NCBI GenBank assembly: GCA_963816355.1
Contig: CAWFKH010000003.1
Coordinates: 160,001 to 224,000 of the forward strand
DNA: 64,000 bases
Direction of reading: 5' to 3'
Origin: an uncultured Gemmatimonadales bacterium
Lineage (GTDB): Bacteria > Gemmatimonadota > Gemmatimonadetes > Longimicrobiales > RSA9
Within the stretch, counting starts at the first letter, position 1, and each line of letters opens with the position of its first letter. Positions 8,371 through 16,655 of the stretch are shown here, piece after piece. The translations under genes were made by a program, and so were the position numbers. The notes beneath the pieces were generated by a model. The model ran no database searches. It saw only the letters and a list, made by a program, of their open reading frames with translations, and was not told the DNA's origin.

Positions 8371-9085
8371 AGCGGTGACGCCGGAGGGGCGGGGGGAGGA
8401 GGAGGCGGCGCGGCTGGACACGGCGGACGATGGGGACGGCCTGACGCCGGAGGAGCGGCGGGCGTTCGAGGCGCTTGGGCGCACGGCGGCCCCGCCGGCT
8501 GCGCTGGAGGAGCGGACGGTGGTGGCGCTGCGGGAGCGGGGGCTGCTCGGCGGGCGAGGCGTCGTCGCCGCGGCGGGAGGCAGAGCGGCGGGAGGCAGAG
8601 CGGCGGGAGGCAGAGCGGCGGGGGGCAGGCTGGCCGGCACGGGCGCGCGTTGGGGGCGGATCGCCGCGGCGGGAGGGGCGCTCGGCCGCGGGTGGTGGGC
8701 GGCGGGAGTGGCGGCGGCGCTCGCCCTCTTCCTGGCCGGGGTGGTGGTGGGGCAGGCCCGCGCGGCGGCGACGGCGGGCGAGCTGGTGCGCGCGCTGCGT
8801 GAGGCGACGCCGTCGGAGCGGCCGGCGCTCGTGCAGCGGACCGGCTCGCTCTACGTGGAGTCGCTCGCCCGTCTGGTCGATTCGCAGCGGAGCGGCGAGC
8901 ACGCCTCGGTGGGCACGGGGGTCGAAGTCGGCATCGCGGCGCTGCACGCCGCGGCGGTCGAGCTCGCGCGGCTGCACCCGGAGGATCCGCGGCTCCGCCG
9001 CGTTCTGGACGTGCTGGAGGAGGACGCCCGCAGTGAGAACCCCGGGCAGCCGGTCGCGCCGCGGGGGCCGGTACACTGGTTCTGA
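8357..9085 (+). CDS. Putative single-pass anti-sigma factor
   Basis: Overlaps the sigma stop codon; AAGGAG RBS; MSKDEAV...; one TM segment (WWAAGVAAALALFLAGVVVG). Confidence 0.6.
   Translation: MSKDEAVTPEGRGEEEAARLDTADDGDGLTPEERRAFEALGRTAAPPAALEERTVVALRERGLLGGRGVVAAAGGRAAGGRAAGGRAAGGRLAGTGARWGRIAAAGGALGRGWWAAGVAAALALFLAGVVVGQARAAATAGELVRALREATPSERPALVQRTGSLYVESLARLVDSQRSGEHASVGTGVEVGIAALHAAAVELARLHPEDPRLRRVLDVLEEDARSENPGQPVAPRGPVHWF
8570..8629 (+). repeat. 15-bp in-frame tandem repeat GCGGCGGGAGGCAGA x4 (AAGGR x4)
   Basis: Three exact copies plus one degenerate copy. Confidence 0.85.
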
Positions 9086-9101
9086 GCGCTGGAGGTTGGA
9101 G

Positions 9102-10280
9102 ATGAAGCGATACACCGGAAGCTCGGAGCGGACGCGGGTCGTGCGGCCCCGCCGCCGCTGCGTTGCGGCGCTGGTGCTCGCCGCGCTCGCGGTCACCGCA
9201 CCGCTCGTCGCGCAGGCGAAGGACGAGGCGTGCGATGCGTCGCATGGCTCGATCGGGATCAACGGCATGAGCTGCGAGGGGTGCAGCTTCAAGATGGGGA
9301 AGAACGGCATCGTCGAGGCCAGATTCCGCACGGAGCCGGTGGTGCTCAGCGTGCTTCCCGGCGTTGCCCGCGGGGACGCGCTCCGGCGCGGGGACCGCAT
9401 CGTCTCGATCAATGGCGCGCTCATCAGCACGGGCGCGGGCGGAGGCCGCCTGGTGCACCTGCGGCCGGGCGCAACAGTGGTCGTCCGGGTCCGCCGCGAT
9501 GGCGACGTGGCCGACCTGCACATGATCGCCGGCAGCGGATGCGACGAGTTCCGCGCGAGGGCCTCCTCGCCGCCGCTGCCGCCGATCGGCAGCGTCATCG
9601 AGCCGGCGCCGCTGCCGCCGCTGCCCGAGCCCGCGGCGCGCGCAGAGCCGGCACCGCTCGCCGCTCCGGCGGTCCCCCCCCGCCAGCCGAGCGCCGAGCC
9701 GAGCGCCGCGCCGAGCGTCGCGCCGCATGCGACCCCGGCGCCGCTCCCGCGCCGCGCGGGGGCGCGGGCGCCGCGCTCCGTCGTCGTCGGCGCCGCGCGC
9801 CTGCCGCCCGCCGCCTACCTCGGCTTCGGCCTCTCCTGCTCCGCGTGCGGGGTCGCTTCCGGCGAGTGGTCGTTCAGCGCTCCGCCGGCCGTAGCCGGCG
9901 TGGCGCCTGGCAGCCCGGCCGCGAGCGCTGGCATCCTGCCGGGCGACGAGCTGCTTCGTCTCGACGGGCTGCCGCTGACCAGCCCGCGCGGTGCGCGCCG
10001 CTTCTCGTCCATCGAGCCGGGGGACACGCTGCGCTGGAGCGTGCGGCGGGCCGGCCGGGTGAGCGAGCACCGGTTCGTCGCGAGCGCGCCGCGCGACCCC
10101 GCGCCGGCCGCGTCTGCGTCTCCTGCGCTGGATGCCAGCGTCCTGCGCTTCCGCGGCCGCATCGGCGACACCGACGTCGAGGTGCGCGGCGGACCGGTCA
10201 CGGTGACCCGTGACGAGGCGACGGGCGAGGTGGTGATCCGCACGGCGGCCTCCGTGATCCGCCTGCGCCCGGCACACTGA
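9102..10280 (+). CDS. Secreted protein with two PDZ domains, each carrying a CxxC motif
   Basis: Signal peptide ending VAQA; GD(R/E)(I/L)..(I/L)(N/D)G PDZ signatures twice; Pro/Ala linker; GINGMSCEGC and LGFGLSCSAC. Confidence 0.75.
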   Translation: MKRYTGSSERTRVVRPRRRCVAALVLAALAVTAPLVAQAKDEACDASHGSIGINGMSCEGCSFKMGKNGIVEARFRTEPVVLSVLPGVARGDALRRGDRIVSINGALISTGAGGGRLVHLRPGATVVVRVRRDGDVADLHMIAGSGCDEFRARASSPPLPPIGSVIEPAPLPPLPEPAARAEPAPLAAPAVPPRQPSAEPSAAPSVAPHATPAPLPRRAGARAPRSVVVGAARLPPAAYLGFGLSCSACGVASGEWSFSAPPAVAGVAPGSPAASAGILPGDELLRLDGLPLTSPRGARRFSSIEPGDTLRWSVRRAGRVSEHRFVASAPRDPAPAASASPALDASVLRFRGRIGDTDVEVRGGPVTVTRDEATGEVVIRTAASVIRLRPAH

Positions 10281-10413
10281 GGCGTTCCGGGGCGGCGGGC
10301 GAACGAGGAACTTCCCCGACAGGCGCGTCGACTCTCTCCCCACAGATGATCCCCTACGCGGCGCCTATCTTGGGCGCGGCGAGATCGGACCGTCCGTTCG
10401 AGGAGGGGAGGGT

Positions 10414-11781
10414 ATGGAGAGCTCGTTGCTGGCGCCCTCGCCGGCGCTGCAGGACCTGCCAGCGTCGCCCGCGGCCGGTGCCGCACGCTTCGCCGCGCGG
10501 GTGGCACGCATCGGGACGGAGCGCGCGTTCCGGATCGGCGATCGGATCCGCGCCGTGGAGGCGGAGTCCGGGCCGGTGATCCGGTGCAACCTGGGACAGC
10601 CGGACTTCGCCCTGCCGTCGCACATCCGTGAGGCGGTCGAGCGCGCGCTGCGGGAGGGGAGGACCGGCTACTGCGATCCGCAGGGGCTGCCGGAGCTGCG
10701 CGCGACGATCGCGGCGGACGTGGGGGAGAGGCGCGGGCTGGAGATCGATCCGGCGCGCGTCGTCGTCTTTCCGGGGGCACGGGCGCCGATCGGCTTCGCG
10801 CAGCAGACGTACTGCGAGCCGGGCGACGACGTGATTTACCCCACGCCGGGCTATCCCCTTTTCGAGTCGTTCACGGCGTACGTGGGCGCACGGCCGGTGC
10901 CGCTGCACCTGGAGGAGTGGGCCGGCTTCGCGCTGACGGCGGAACGGCTGGCGCCGCTGATCGGCCCCCGGACGTCGCTGATCTTCCTGAACTTTCCGTC
11001 GAACCCGACGGGCGGCGTAGCGACGCAGGCGCAGCTCGAGGCGCTGGCGGAGGTGATTCTGTCGAGGGCGCCCGCGCACGTGCGGGTCTACTCGGACGAA
11101 TCGTACGAAGCGATCGTCTTCGATGGCGAGGCGCACCGCTCGATCGCGTCCGTGCCGGGGATGGCGGAGCGGACGATCGTCACGTCGGGTGTCTCGAAGA
11201 CCTACGCGTGGACGGGTGGCCGCGTGGGCTGGGCGGTGCTGCCGACGGCGCGCGAAGCGGCCGTCTTCACGAACCTCAACATCAACTACTTCGCGTCGAT
11301 CTCGCCGTATAACCAGCTCGGCGCGAAGGCGGCGATCGAGTCACCGGAGAGCGTGCCGGCGGTCGAGCGCATGGTGGCGGCGTTCGCGGAGCGGCGCGAC
11401 GCGGTCCTCGCCGCGCTGCGCCGCGTCGACGGCGTGAGCTGCCAGGTGCCGCGCGGCGCCTTCTATCTCTTTCCGAACGTCGGGAGTCTGCTGGAGCGGA
11501 TCGGCGCGATCGGGGCGTTCGACGCGCTGCCGCCGGAAGCGCGGCGCGAGTCCAGTCCCGCGACGCTCTTCCAGCTCTTCCTCCTGCACCGCTACCGCGT
11601 GGCGACGATGGATCGTCGCTCCTTCGGCGCCCTCGAGAGCGACGGCGAGCACTTCCTCCGCATCTCGATCGCGACCGGCATCGACGACCTGCTCGAGGCG
11701 GTCGAGCGGATCGCCGTCGCGGCGCGGGACGTCGACGGATTCCGCGCCTTCCTCCGCGAGGGGCGGGCGCTCTCCTTCTGA
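10414..11781 (+). CDS. Class I/II PLP-dependent aminotransferase (AspAT-like)
   Basis: GQPDF, NFPSNPTG, YSDESY, SGVSKTYAWTGGRVG (PLP Lys), GAFYLF, FLRIS. Confidence 0.92.
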   Translation: MESSLLAPSPALQDLPASPAAGAARFAARVARIGTERAFRIGDRIRAVEAESGPVIRCNLGQPDFALPSHIREAVERALREGRTGYCDPQGLPELRATIAADVGERRGLEIDPARVVVFPGARAPIGFAQQTYCEPGDDVIYPTPGYPLFESFTAYVGARPVPLHLEEWAGFALTAERLAPLIGPRTSLIFLNFPSNPTGGVATQAQLEALAEVILSRAPAHVRVYSDESYEAIVFDGEAHRSIASVPGMAERTIVTSGVSKTYAWTGGRVGWAVLPTAREAAVFTNLNINYFASISPYNQLGAKAAIESPESVPAVERMVAAFAERRDAVLAALRRVDGVSCQVPRGAFYLFPNVGSLLERIGAIGAFDALPPEARRESSPATLFQLFLLHRYRVATMDRRSFGALESDGEHFLRISIATGIDDLLEAVERIAVAARDVDGFRAFLREGRALSF

Positions 11782-11794
11782 GCGAGCGGTCACC

Positions 11795-14164
11795 ATGACG
11801 ATGCGATTCGGGCCGCGCCGCAGCGTGCTGGTGGAGATCGAGAGCGCGGACGCTCCCCGGGAGGCGGGGATCCTGTCCGCGCTCGAGCGCTTCGACGTGG
11901 TCTACCGCACGCTCTGCGCGATCCTCTACAACTACGCGCCGACCTCCGGCCACCCGGGAGGATCGATCTCCTCCGGCCGTTTCGTCGCGTCGCTCCTCTT
12001 CGACGGCCTCGATCACGACCTGTCCGATCCGGCGCGCCGCGACGCCGACCTCGTCTCCTATGCGGCGGGCCACAAGGCGCTGGGCCTCTACGCGCTGTGG
12101 GCGCTGCGCGACGAGGTGGCGCGCATCGCCGCGCCGGAGCTGCTTCCGGACGACGTCGCACGCCGCCTGCGACTCGAGGACCTGCTCGGCTTCCGGCGCA
12201 ACCCGATCGCGGGCACGCCGCTGCTCGCCGCGCTCGGCGCGAAGACGCTGGACGGGCACCCGACGCCGGCGACGCCGTTCGTTCCACTGGCGACGGGCGC
12301 CTCCGGCGTCGGCTTCGCCGGCTCGCTCGGCCTCGCCCTCGCCGCCGCGGACGCCTACGGCGTGGGCGCTGCGCCGCGCGTCCACATCGTCGAGGGAGAG
12401 GGAGGCCTGACGCCGGGCCGGGTGTCGGAGGCGCTCGCGTTCGCCGGCACCGCTTCGCTGGGAAACGCGATCGTGCATCTCGACTGGAACCAGGCGTCGA
12501 TCGATTCGAACCACGTGACCCGCGAAGGCGCGGAGCCGGGCGACTACGTGCAGTGGGAGCCGGCCGAGCTGTTCTACCTGCACGACTGGAACGTCGTCGT
12601 CGTCCGCGACGGCACCGATCTCGGCGCGATCGCGGCGGCGCAGCGCCGCGCCCTCGAGCTCGACACCGGCCAACCCACGGCGATCGTCTACCGCACCACG
12701 AAGGGGTGGCAGTACGGCATCGAAGGCCGCGCCTCGCACGGCGCCGGACACCCGCTCTGCTCGCCGGGCTTCTACGACGCGCTCGCGCCGCTCCTCGGCG
12801 ACGACGCGGCGACGCTGCCGCGCTGTGAGGCGGGCCGTACGCGCTGCCTGGACGGCGCGCTCAAGGCGCAGGTCGAGACGTGCTACTGGGAGGCGCTGAG
12901 CCTCGTGCGGCGGGCGCTGGAGGCGAATCCGGCCACCGTCGCCGCGCTGGCGGACCGCCTGCGCGCCGCGCGCGAAAGGCTCGACGCGCGCGGGCGTGCG
13001 CGCCGCGCCGGCGCCCCGGACGTCGGCCGCGTCTTCGCGGCGGCGACGTCGCAGGCGACGCCACCGGAGCTCGCGCTCGAGCCGGGGGCTCGCGTCACCC
13101 TGCGCGGCCAGCTCGGCAAGGCGCTCGGTCATCTCAACCGCCAGAGCGGCGGCGCGCTCCTGATCGCTTCGGCGGACCTCCTCGGCTCGACCTCCGTCGC
13201 CGAGGCGGCGAAAGGCTTCGATCCCGGCTTCTACAACGCGACGCGCAACCCCGGCGCACGCCTCGTCGCGACGGGCGGCATCGCCGAGGACGCGATGAGC
13301 GCGATCCTCGCCGGCCTCTCCAGCTTCGGCGAGCACATCGGCGTCGGCTCCTCCTACGCCGCCTTCCTCGCGCCGCTCGGGCACGTGGCCGCCCGCCTGC
13401 ACGCGATCGGCGCTCAGGCGCGCCAGGCCGCGTTCGGCGAGCCGCGGCGGCCATTCGTCCTCGTGTGCGGCCACGCGGGGCTGAAGACCGGCGAGGACGG
13501 ACCCACGCACGCGGATCCGCAGGCGCTGCAACTGCTACAGGAGAACTTTCCGCCCGGCGCCATGGTCACGCTCACGCCGTGGGAGCCGTCCGAGATCTGG
13601 CCGCTCCTGGCGCGCGCGCTCGCCGTGCGCCCGGCGACGATCGCGCCGTTCGTGACTCGCCCCACCGAGATCGTGCCCGACCGCGATGCGATCGGCCTCG
13701 CGGCCCCCGAGGCCGCCGCCGCCGGCGTCTATCTCCTGCGCGAGCCGCGCCGCGGCCACGACGCGACCGTCGTGCTGCAGGGCTCCGAGGTCGCGATCGC
13801 GTTCGTCCGCGACGCGCTTCCGATCCTCGAGCGCGAAACGGTCGACGTCGCGGCCTACTACGTGGCCAGCGCCGAGCTCTTCGATACGCTGCCGCTGGCC
13901 GAGCGCGAGCGGATCCTGCCCGGCGCCCTGGCCGACGAGGCGATCGGCATCACCGGCTTCACGCTGCCGACCCTCTACCGCTGGATCCGCTCAGACCTCG
14001 GCCGCGCCAACAGCCTGCACCCCTACCGCAACGGTCGCTTCCCCGGGAGCGGCCCCGGCGACCTCGTCGTCGCGGAGGCCGGCCTCGACGGCGCCAGCCA
14101 GGCACGCGCCATCATCCGACACGTGCAGGCGCTGCGCGAAAGCCGCGTACACGCCTACGGCTGA
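11795..14164 (+). CDS. Transketolase-like ThDP enzyme (long, divergent)
   Basis: SGHPGGSIS, AAGHK, LDGHP, EGEGG...DWNQASID, TTKG...SHG, ASADLLGST, GIAEDAM, KTGEDGPTH. Confidence 0.85.
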   Translation: MTMRFGPRRSVLVEIESADAPREAGILSALERFDVVYRTLCAILYNYAPTSGHPGGSISSGRFVASLLFDGLDHDLSDPARRDADLVSYAAGHKALGLYALWALRDEVARIAAPELLPDDVARRLRLEDLLGFRRNPIAGTPLLAALGAKTLDGHPTPATPFVPLATGASGVGFAGSLGLALAAADAYGVGAAPRVHIVEGEGGLTPGRVSEALAFAGTASLGNAIVHLDWNQASIDSNHVTREGAEPGDYVQWEPAELFYLHDWNVVVVRDGTDLGAIAAAQRRALELDTGQPTAIVYRTTKGWQYGIEGRASHGAGHPLCSPGFYDALAPLLGDDAATLPRCEAGRTRCLDGALKAQVETCYWEALSLVRRALEANPATVAALADRLRAARERLDARGRARRAGAPDVGRVFAAATSQATPPELALEPGARVTLRGQLGKALGHLNRQSGGALLIASADLLGSTSVAEAAKGFDPGFYNATRNPGARLVATGGIAEDAMSAILAGLSSFGEHIGVGSSYAAFLAPLGHVAARLHAIGAQARQAAFGEPRRPFVLVCGHAGLKTGEDGPTHADPQALQLLQENFPPGAMVTLTPWEPSEIWPLLARALAVRPATIAPFVTRPTEIVPDRDAIGLAAPEAAAAGVYLLREPRRGHDATVVLQGSEVAIAFVRDALPILERETVDVAAYYVASAELFDTLPLAERERILPGALADEAIGITGFTLPTLYRWIRSDLGRANSLHPYRNGRFPGSGPGDLVVAEAGLDGASQARAIIRHVQALRESRVHAYG

Positions 14165-14436
14165 GACGCCGCGCCGCGCCCCGCGTAGATGCGGTCCAGC
14201 TCGCGTTCGTACTCCTCGACCGTGATGCGGCCGTTCACGTATTCCCGCTGCGCCCGCTCGAGGGGTGATTCCGGCGGGAGCGCCCGCGGTCGCGGCGCCT
14301 CCGCCACTTCCGCGCGCTGCTCCGCGTAGCCCCCCCACCGCCGCCTCCACCGCTCCCGCCGCGCCCACCGCGCCCGCCGCCGCGCCGACACCAGAAACCA
14401 GATGACCGCCCCGATCACCAGCCATTCGGGAAACAT
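14155..14436 (-). CDS. Small membrane protein with a C-terminal SHOCT domain
   Basis: N-terminal TM segment; PLERAQREYVNGRITVEEYERE. Confidence 0.75.
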   Translation of the reverse strand: MFPEWLVIGAVIWFLVSARRRARWARRERWRRRWGGYAEQRAEVAEAPRPRALPPESPLERAQREYVNGRITVEEYERELDRIYAGRGAASQP

Positions 14437-14449
14437 GCGCCCGCTCCTC

Positions 14450-15016
14450 TCAGCTCTTGCGCGTGCCGCGGCGCCACGCCTCCAGCTCCGACGTCGCCCG
14501 GTCGAGGATCTCCTGCAGCCCGTGCACCGCCTCCCGATCGCCCGCCGCCTCCATCGCCCGCTCGAAGCTCACCTGCGCCAGCCGCACGAACGAACGCGTC
14601 AGATCGCCCATCCCGCGTCCCGAAAACGCCGCTCCGAAGTCGCTCACCCGGTCCGTCACGTCGTCCACCCGCTCGCTGTTCTCCTCCAGGAAGCGCCGCC
14701 CCTCCTCCGTGATCCGGTACACCCGCTTCCCCTCCACCTCCTCCGACGTCACGTGCCCCTGGTCCTGCAGCATCTGCAGCACCGGGTACACTGACCCCGC
14801 GCTCGCCGAGTAGAAGCCCCCCGCCTCCTCCTCCAGTCGCTGCATCACCTCGTACCCGTGCATCGGCGCCTCCGCCAGCAGCGACAGCACCATGTACTTC
14901 AAGTCGCCGCGCTCGAAGACCCGCCGCCGCCGCCGCGGCCCCGCCCGAAAGCGGAACCCCGGACCGCACGCCGACGCCCACGTGTTGAAGTCGAATCCCC
15001 CGTGCCGCGGTCCCAT
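14450..15016 (-). CDS. PadR-family transcriptional regulator
   Basis: RGDLKYMVLSLLAEAPMHGYEVM...SAGSVYPVLQML.D.G..KRVYRITEEG; start MGPRHGG. Confidence 0.92.
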   Translation of the reverse strand: MGPRHGGFDFNTWASACGPGFRFRAGPRRRRRVFERGDLKYMVLSLLAEAPMHGYEVMQRLEEEAGGFYSASAGSVYPVLQMLQDQGHVTSEEVEGKRVYRITEEGRRFLEENSERVDDVTDRVSDFGAAFSGRGMGDLTRSFVRLAQVSFERAMEAAGDREAVHGLQEILDRATSELEAWRRGTRKS

Positions 15017-15128
15017 CGCTCGCCTCCCGTTCCGCTGGATGCGGGGCGCTGCGTCCGTCCCGGTCCGCGTCGCAACCGCGCGCGCCGGACGTCGGCCCTC
15101 ATCGGCCCCGTTCCTTACCGATACGATA

Positions 15129-15138
15129 CGATATATCG
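15129..15138. promoter_or_regulatory. Palindrome CGATATATCG (with adjacent CGATA repeats), putative PadR operator
   Basis: Perfect 10-bp AT-rich palindrome about 115 nt upstream of padR in very GC-rich DNA. Confidence 0.5.
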
Positions 15139-15226
15139 CGAAGTTTCGGAAGGGCACGACCGCCGGCCGCGGTGCGGCCGGCGTCGTGCCGATGTCAGCC
15201 GCCGGAGATGCCGTCGGCCGTGCGGG

Positions 15227-15469
15227 CTACTCCTCGCGCTTCCGCGGTTCGTTGGACTCGGTCGCCTTGCGTGCGGCCTCGCCGGCCTTGCGCTCGACCT
15301 TGCCGGCCGCCTCGCGGGCGGCGCCCTTCGTCTCGGTGGAGCGGTCCTTGACGACGCGACCCGCCTCACGCTCGACCTTGCCGGCGGCCTCGCGAGCGGC
15401 GCCCTTCACCTCATGCTCGGTGCCTTCGCGATGCGCTTCGCGCTTGATGTCGCGGCTGGTGTCTCCCAT
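15227..15469 (-). CDS. CsbD-like small stress protein
   Basis: GGGAGG RBS; 80 aa with two KGAAREAAGKVER repeats. Confidence 0.75.
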   Translation of the reverse strand: MGDTSRDIKREAHREGTEHEVKGAAREAAGKVEREAGRVVKDRSTETKGAAREAAGKVERKAGEAARKATESNEPRKREE

Positions 15470-15526
15470 GGGATCCTCCCTTTTGGATTTCCGTTGGTGC
15501 CCGCGAGAGCGGGCGATGGGAGATAG

Positions 15527-15542
15527 GGCAGGGACCGTGCCG
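15527..15542 (-). promoter_or_regulatory. Candidate sigma54 promoter of the csbD-like gene
   Basis: CGGCACG-GTCC-CTGC with correct GG/GC spacing. Confidence 0.5.
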
Positions 15543-15633
15543 TGGCTCGGGATCGCGGCGGGTGGCGGGAGGAGGGAGCGGGGCGGCAGGTGGGGGGAAA
15601 GCGGCGGGGAGGGAGAAGGATGGGACGGTGCGG

Positions 15634-16497
15634 TCAGCGCCAGAGGGGAGCGTTCTCCTCGGCGAAGGCGCGGAAGGTGCGCGGCGGGCGGCCGAGGACG
15701 CGGGCGACGTCGTCGGTGGTGCGCTGGCGGCGGCCTTGGCGGATGGAGCGGAAGAAGTCGACGGCGACGTCGATGGCGCGCTCGTTGGCGCCGGCTTCGC
15801 GGAGGCGCTGGCGGTAGGCGTCGTCGTCGAGGGAGTCGTAACGGATGGGGCGGCCGACGGCGGCGGAGAGGGTGCGGGTGATGTCGCCGGGCGCGAGCGA
15901 ATCGGGCCCGGTGAGGGTGTAGGCGTGGCGGTCGTGCGCCGGATCGGTGAGTGCGGCGGCGGCGACGGCGGCGACGTCGCGGCCGTCGACGAAGCTGACG
16001 CGGGCGGCGCCGGCGGGCGCGGCGAGGACGCCGTCCTCGCGGAGGGAGGGGCGGAGGAAAGCGGAAGTGAAGTTCTGCATGTAGAGGTTGGGGCGGAGGA
16101 AGGTGAATCGGATGCCGAGGCGTTCGATGTGGTTTTCGAGGCGGTGGAGGGCGAGGTCCTCGACCTGCTCCGCGTCCATGGCGGAGAGGAGGACGATCGC
16201 GTTGACGCCGGCCTGGACGGCCCAGTCGAGGAGGGGCAGGAGGGTCTCGTAGGCGTCGGGGTCGAAGGGGGCCGGGGCGAGGAAGATGCGGTCGACCCAC
16301 TGGACGGCGGCGTCGTACGTCTCGGTGGCGGCGTAGTCGAGCTCGATCACCTCGACGGCGTCGCCGAAGAGGGAGCGGGCGCGCTGGGGACTGCGGGTGG
16401 CGGCGCGGATGTCCGCGGCGCCGCGGGCCGCGAGGAGGCGGACGAGCTCGCGGCCGACGGTGCCGGTGGCGCCGGTGACGAGGATGCGGTCGCTCAT
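15634..16497 (-). CDS. NmrA-like / atypical SDR NAD(P)-binding protein
   Basis: MSDRILVTGATGTVG; LRPNLYMQN; FVDGRDVA; YTLTGP. Confidence 0.9.
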   Translation of the reverse strand: MSDRILVTGATGTVGRELVRLLAARGAADIRAATRSPQRARSLFGDAVEVIELDYAATETYDAAVQWVDRIFLAPAPFDPDAYETLLPLLDWAVQAGVNAIVLLSAMDAEQVEDLALHRLENHIERLGIRFTFLRPNLYMQNFTSAFLRPSLREDGVLAAPAGAARVSFVDGRDVAAVAAAALTDPAHDRHAYTLTGPDSLAPGDITRTLSAAVGRPIRYDSLDDDAYRQRLREAGANERAIDVAVDFFRSIRQGRRQRTTDDVARVLGRPPRTFRAFAEENAPLWR

Positions 16498-16655
16498 CGG
16501 TGCGTCTCCTCGGTCGACGGTCGCTCCTTCGTGAACGCGGGTGGCGAAGGTTCCCGAAAGATGCGGGGACACCGCATGAGCGCACAACCGTCGGGAGGCT
16601 GGCCGGCGCGGCGCTCGATCGCGGACACGGCCTCGAGCGCTGACGCGGCGCCGAG

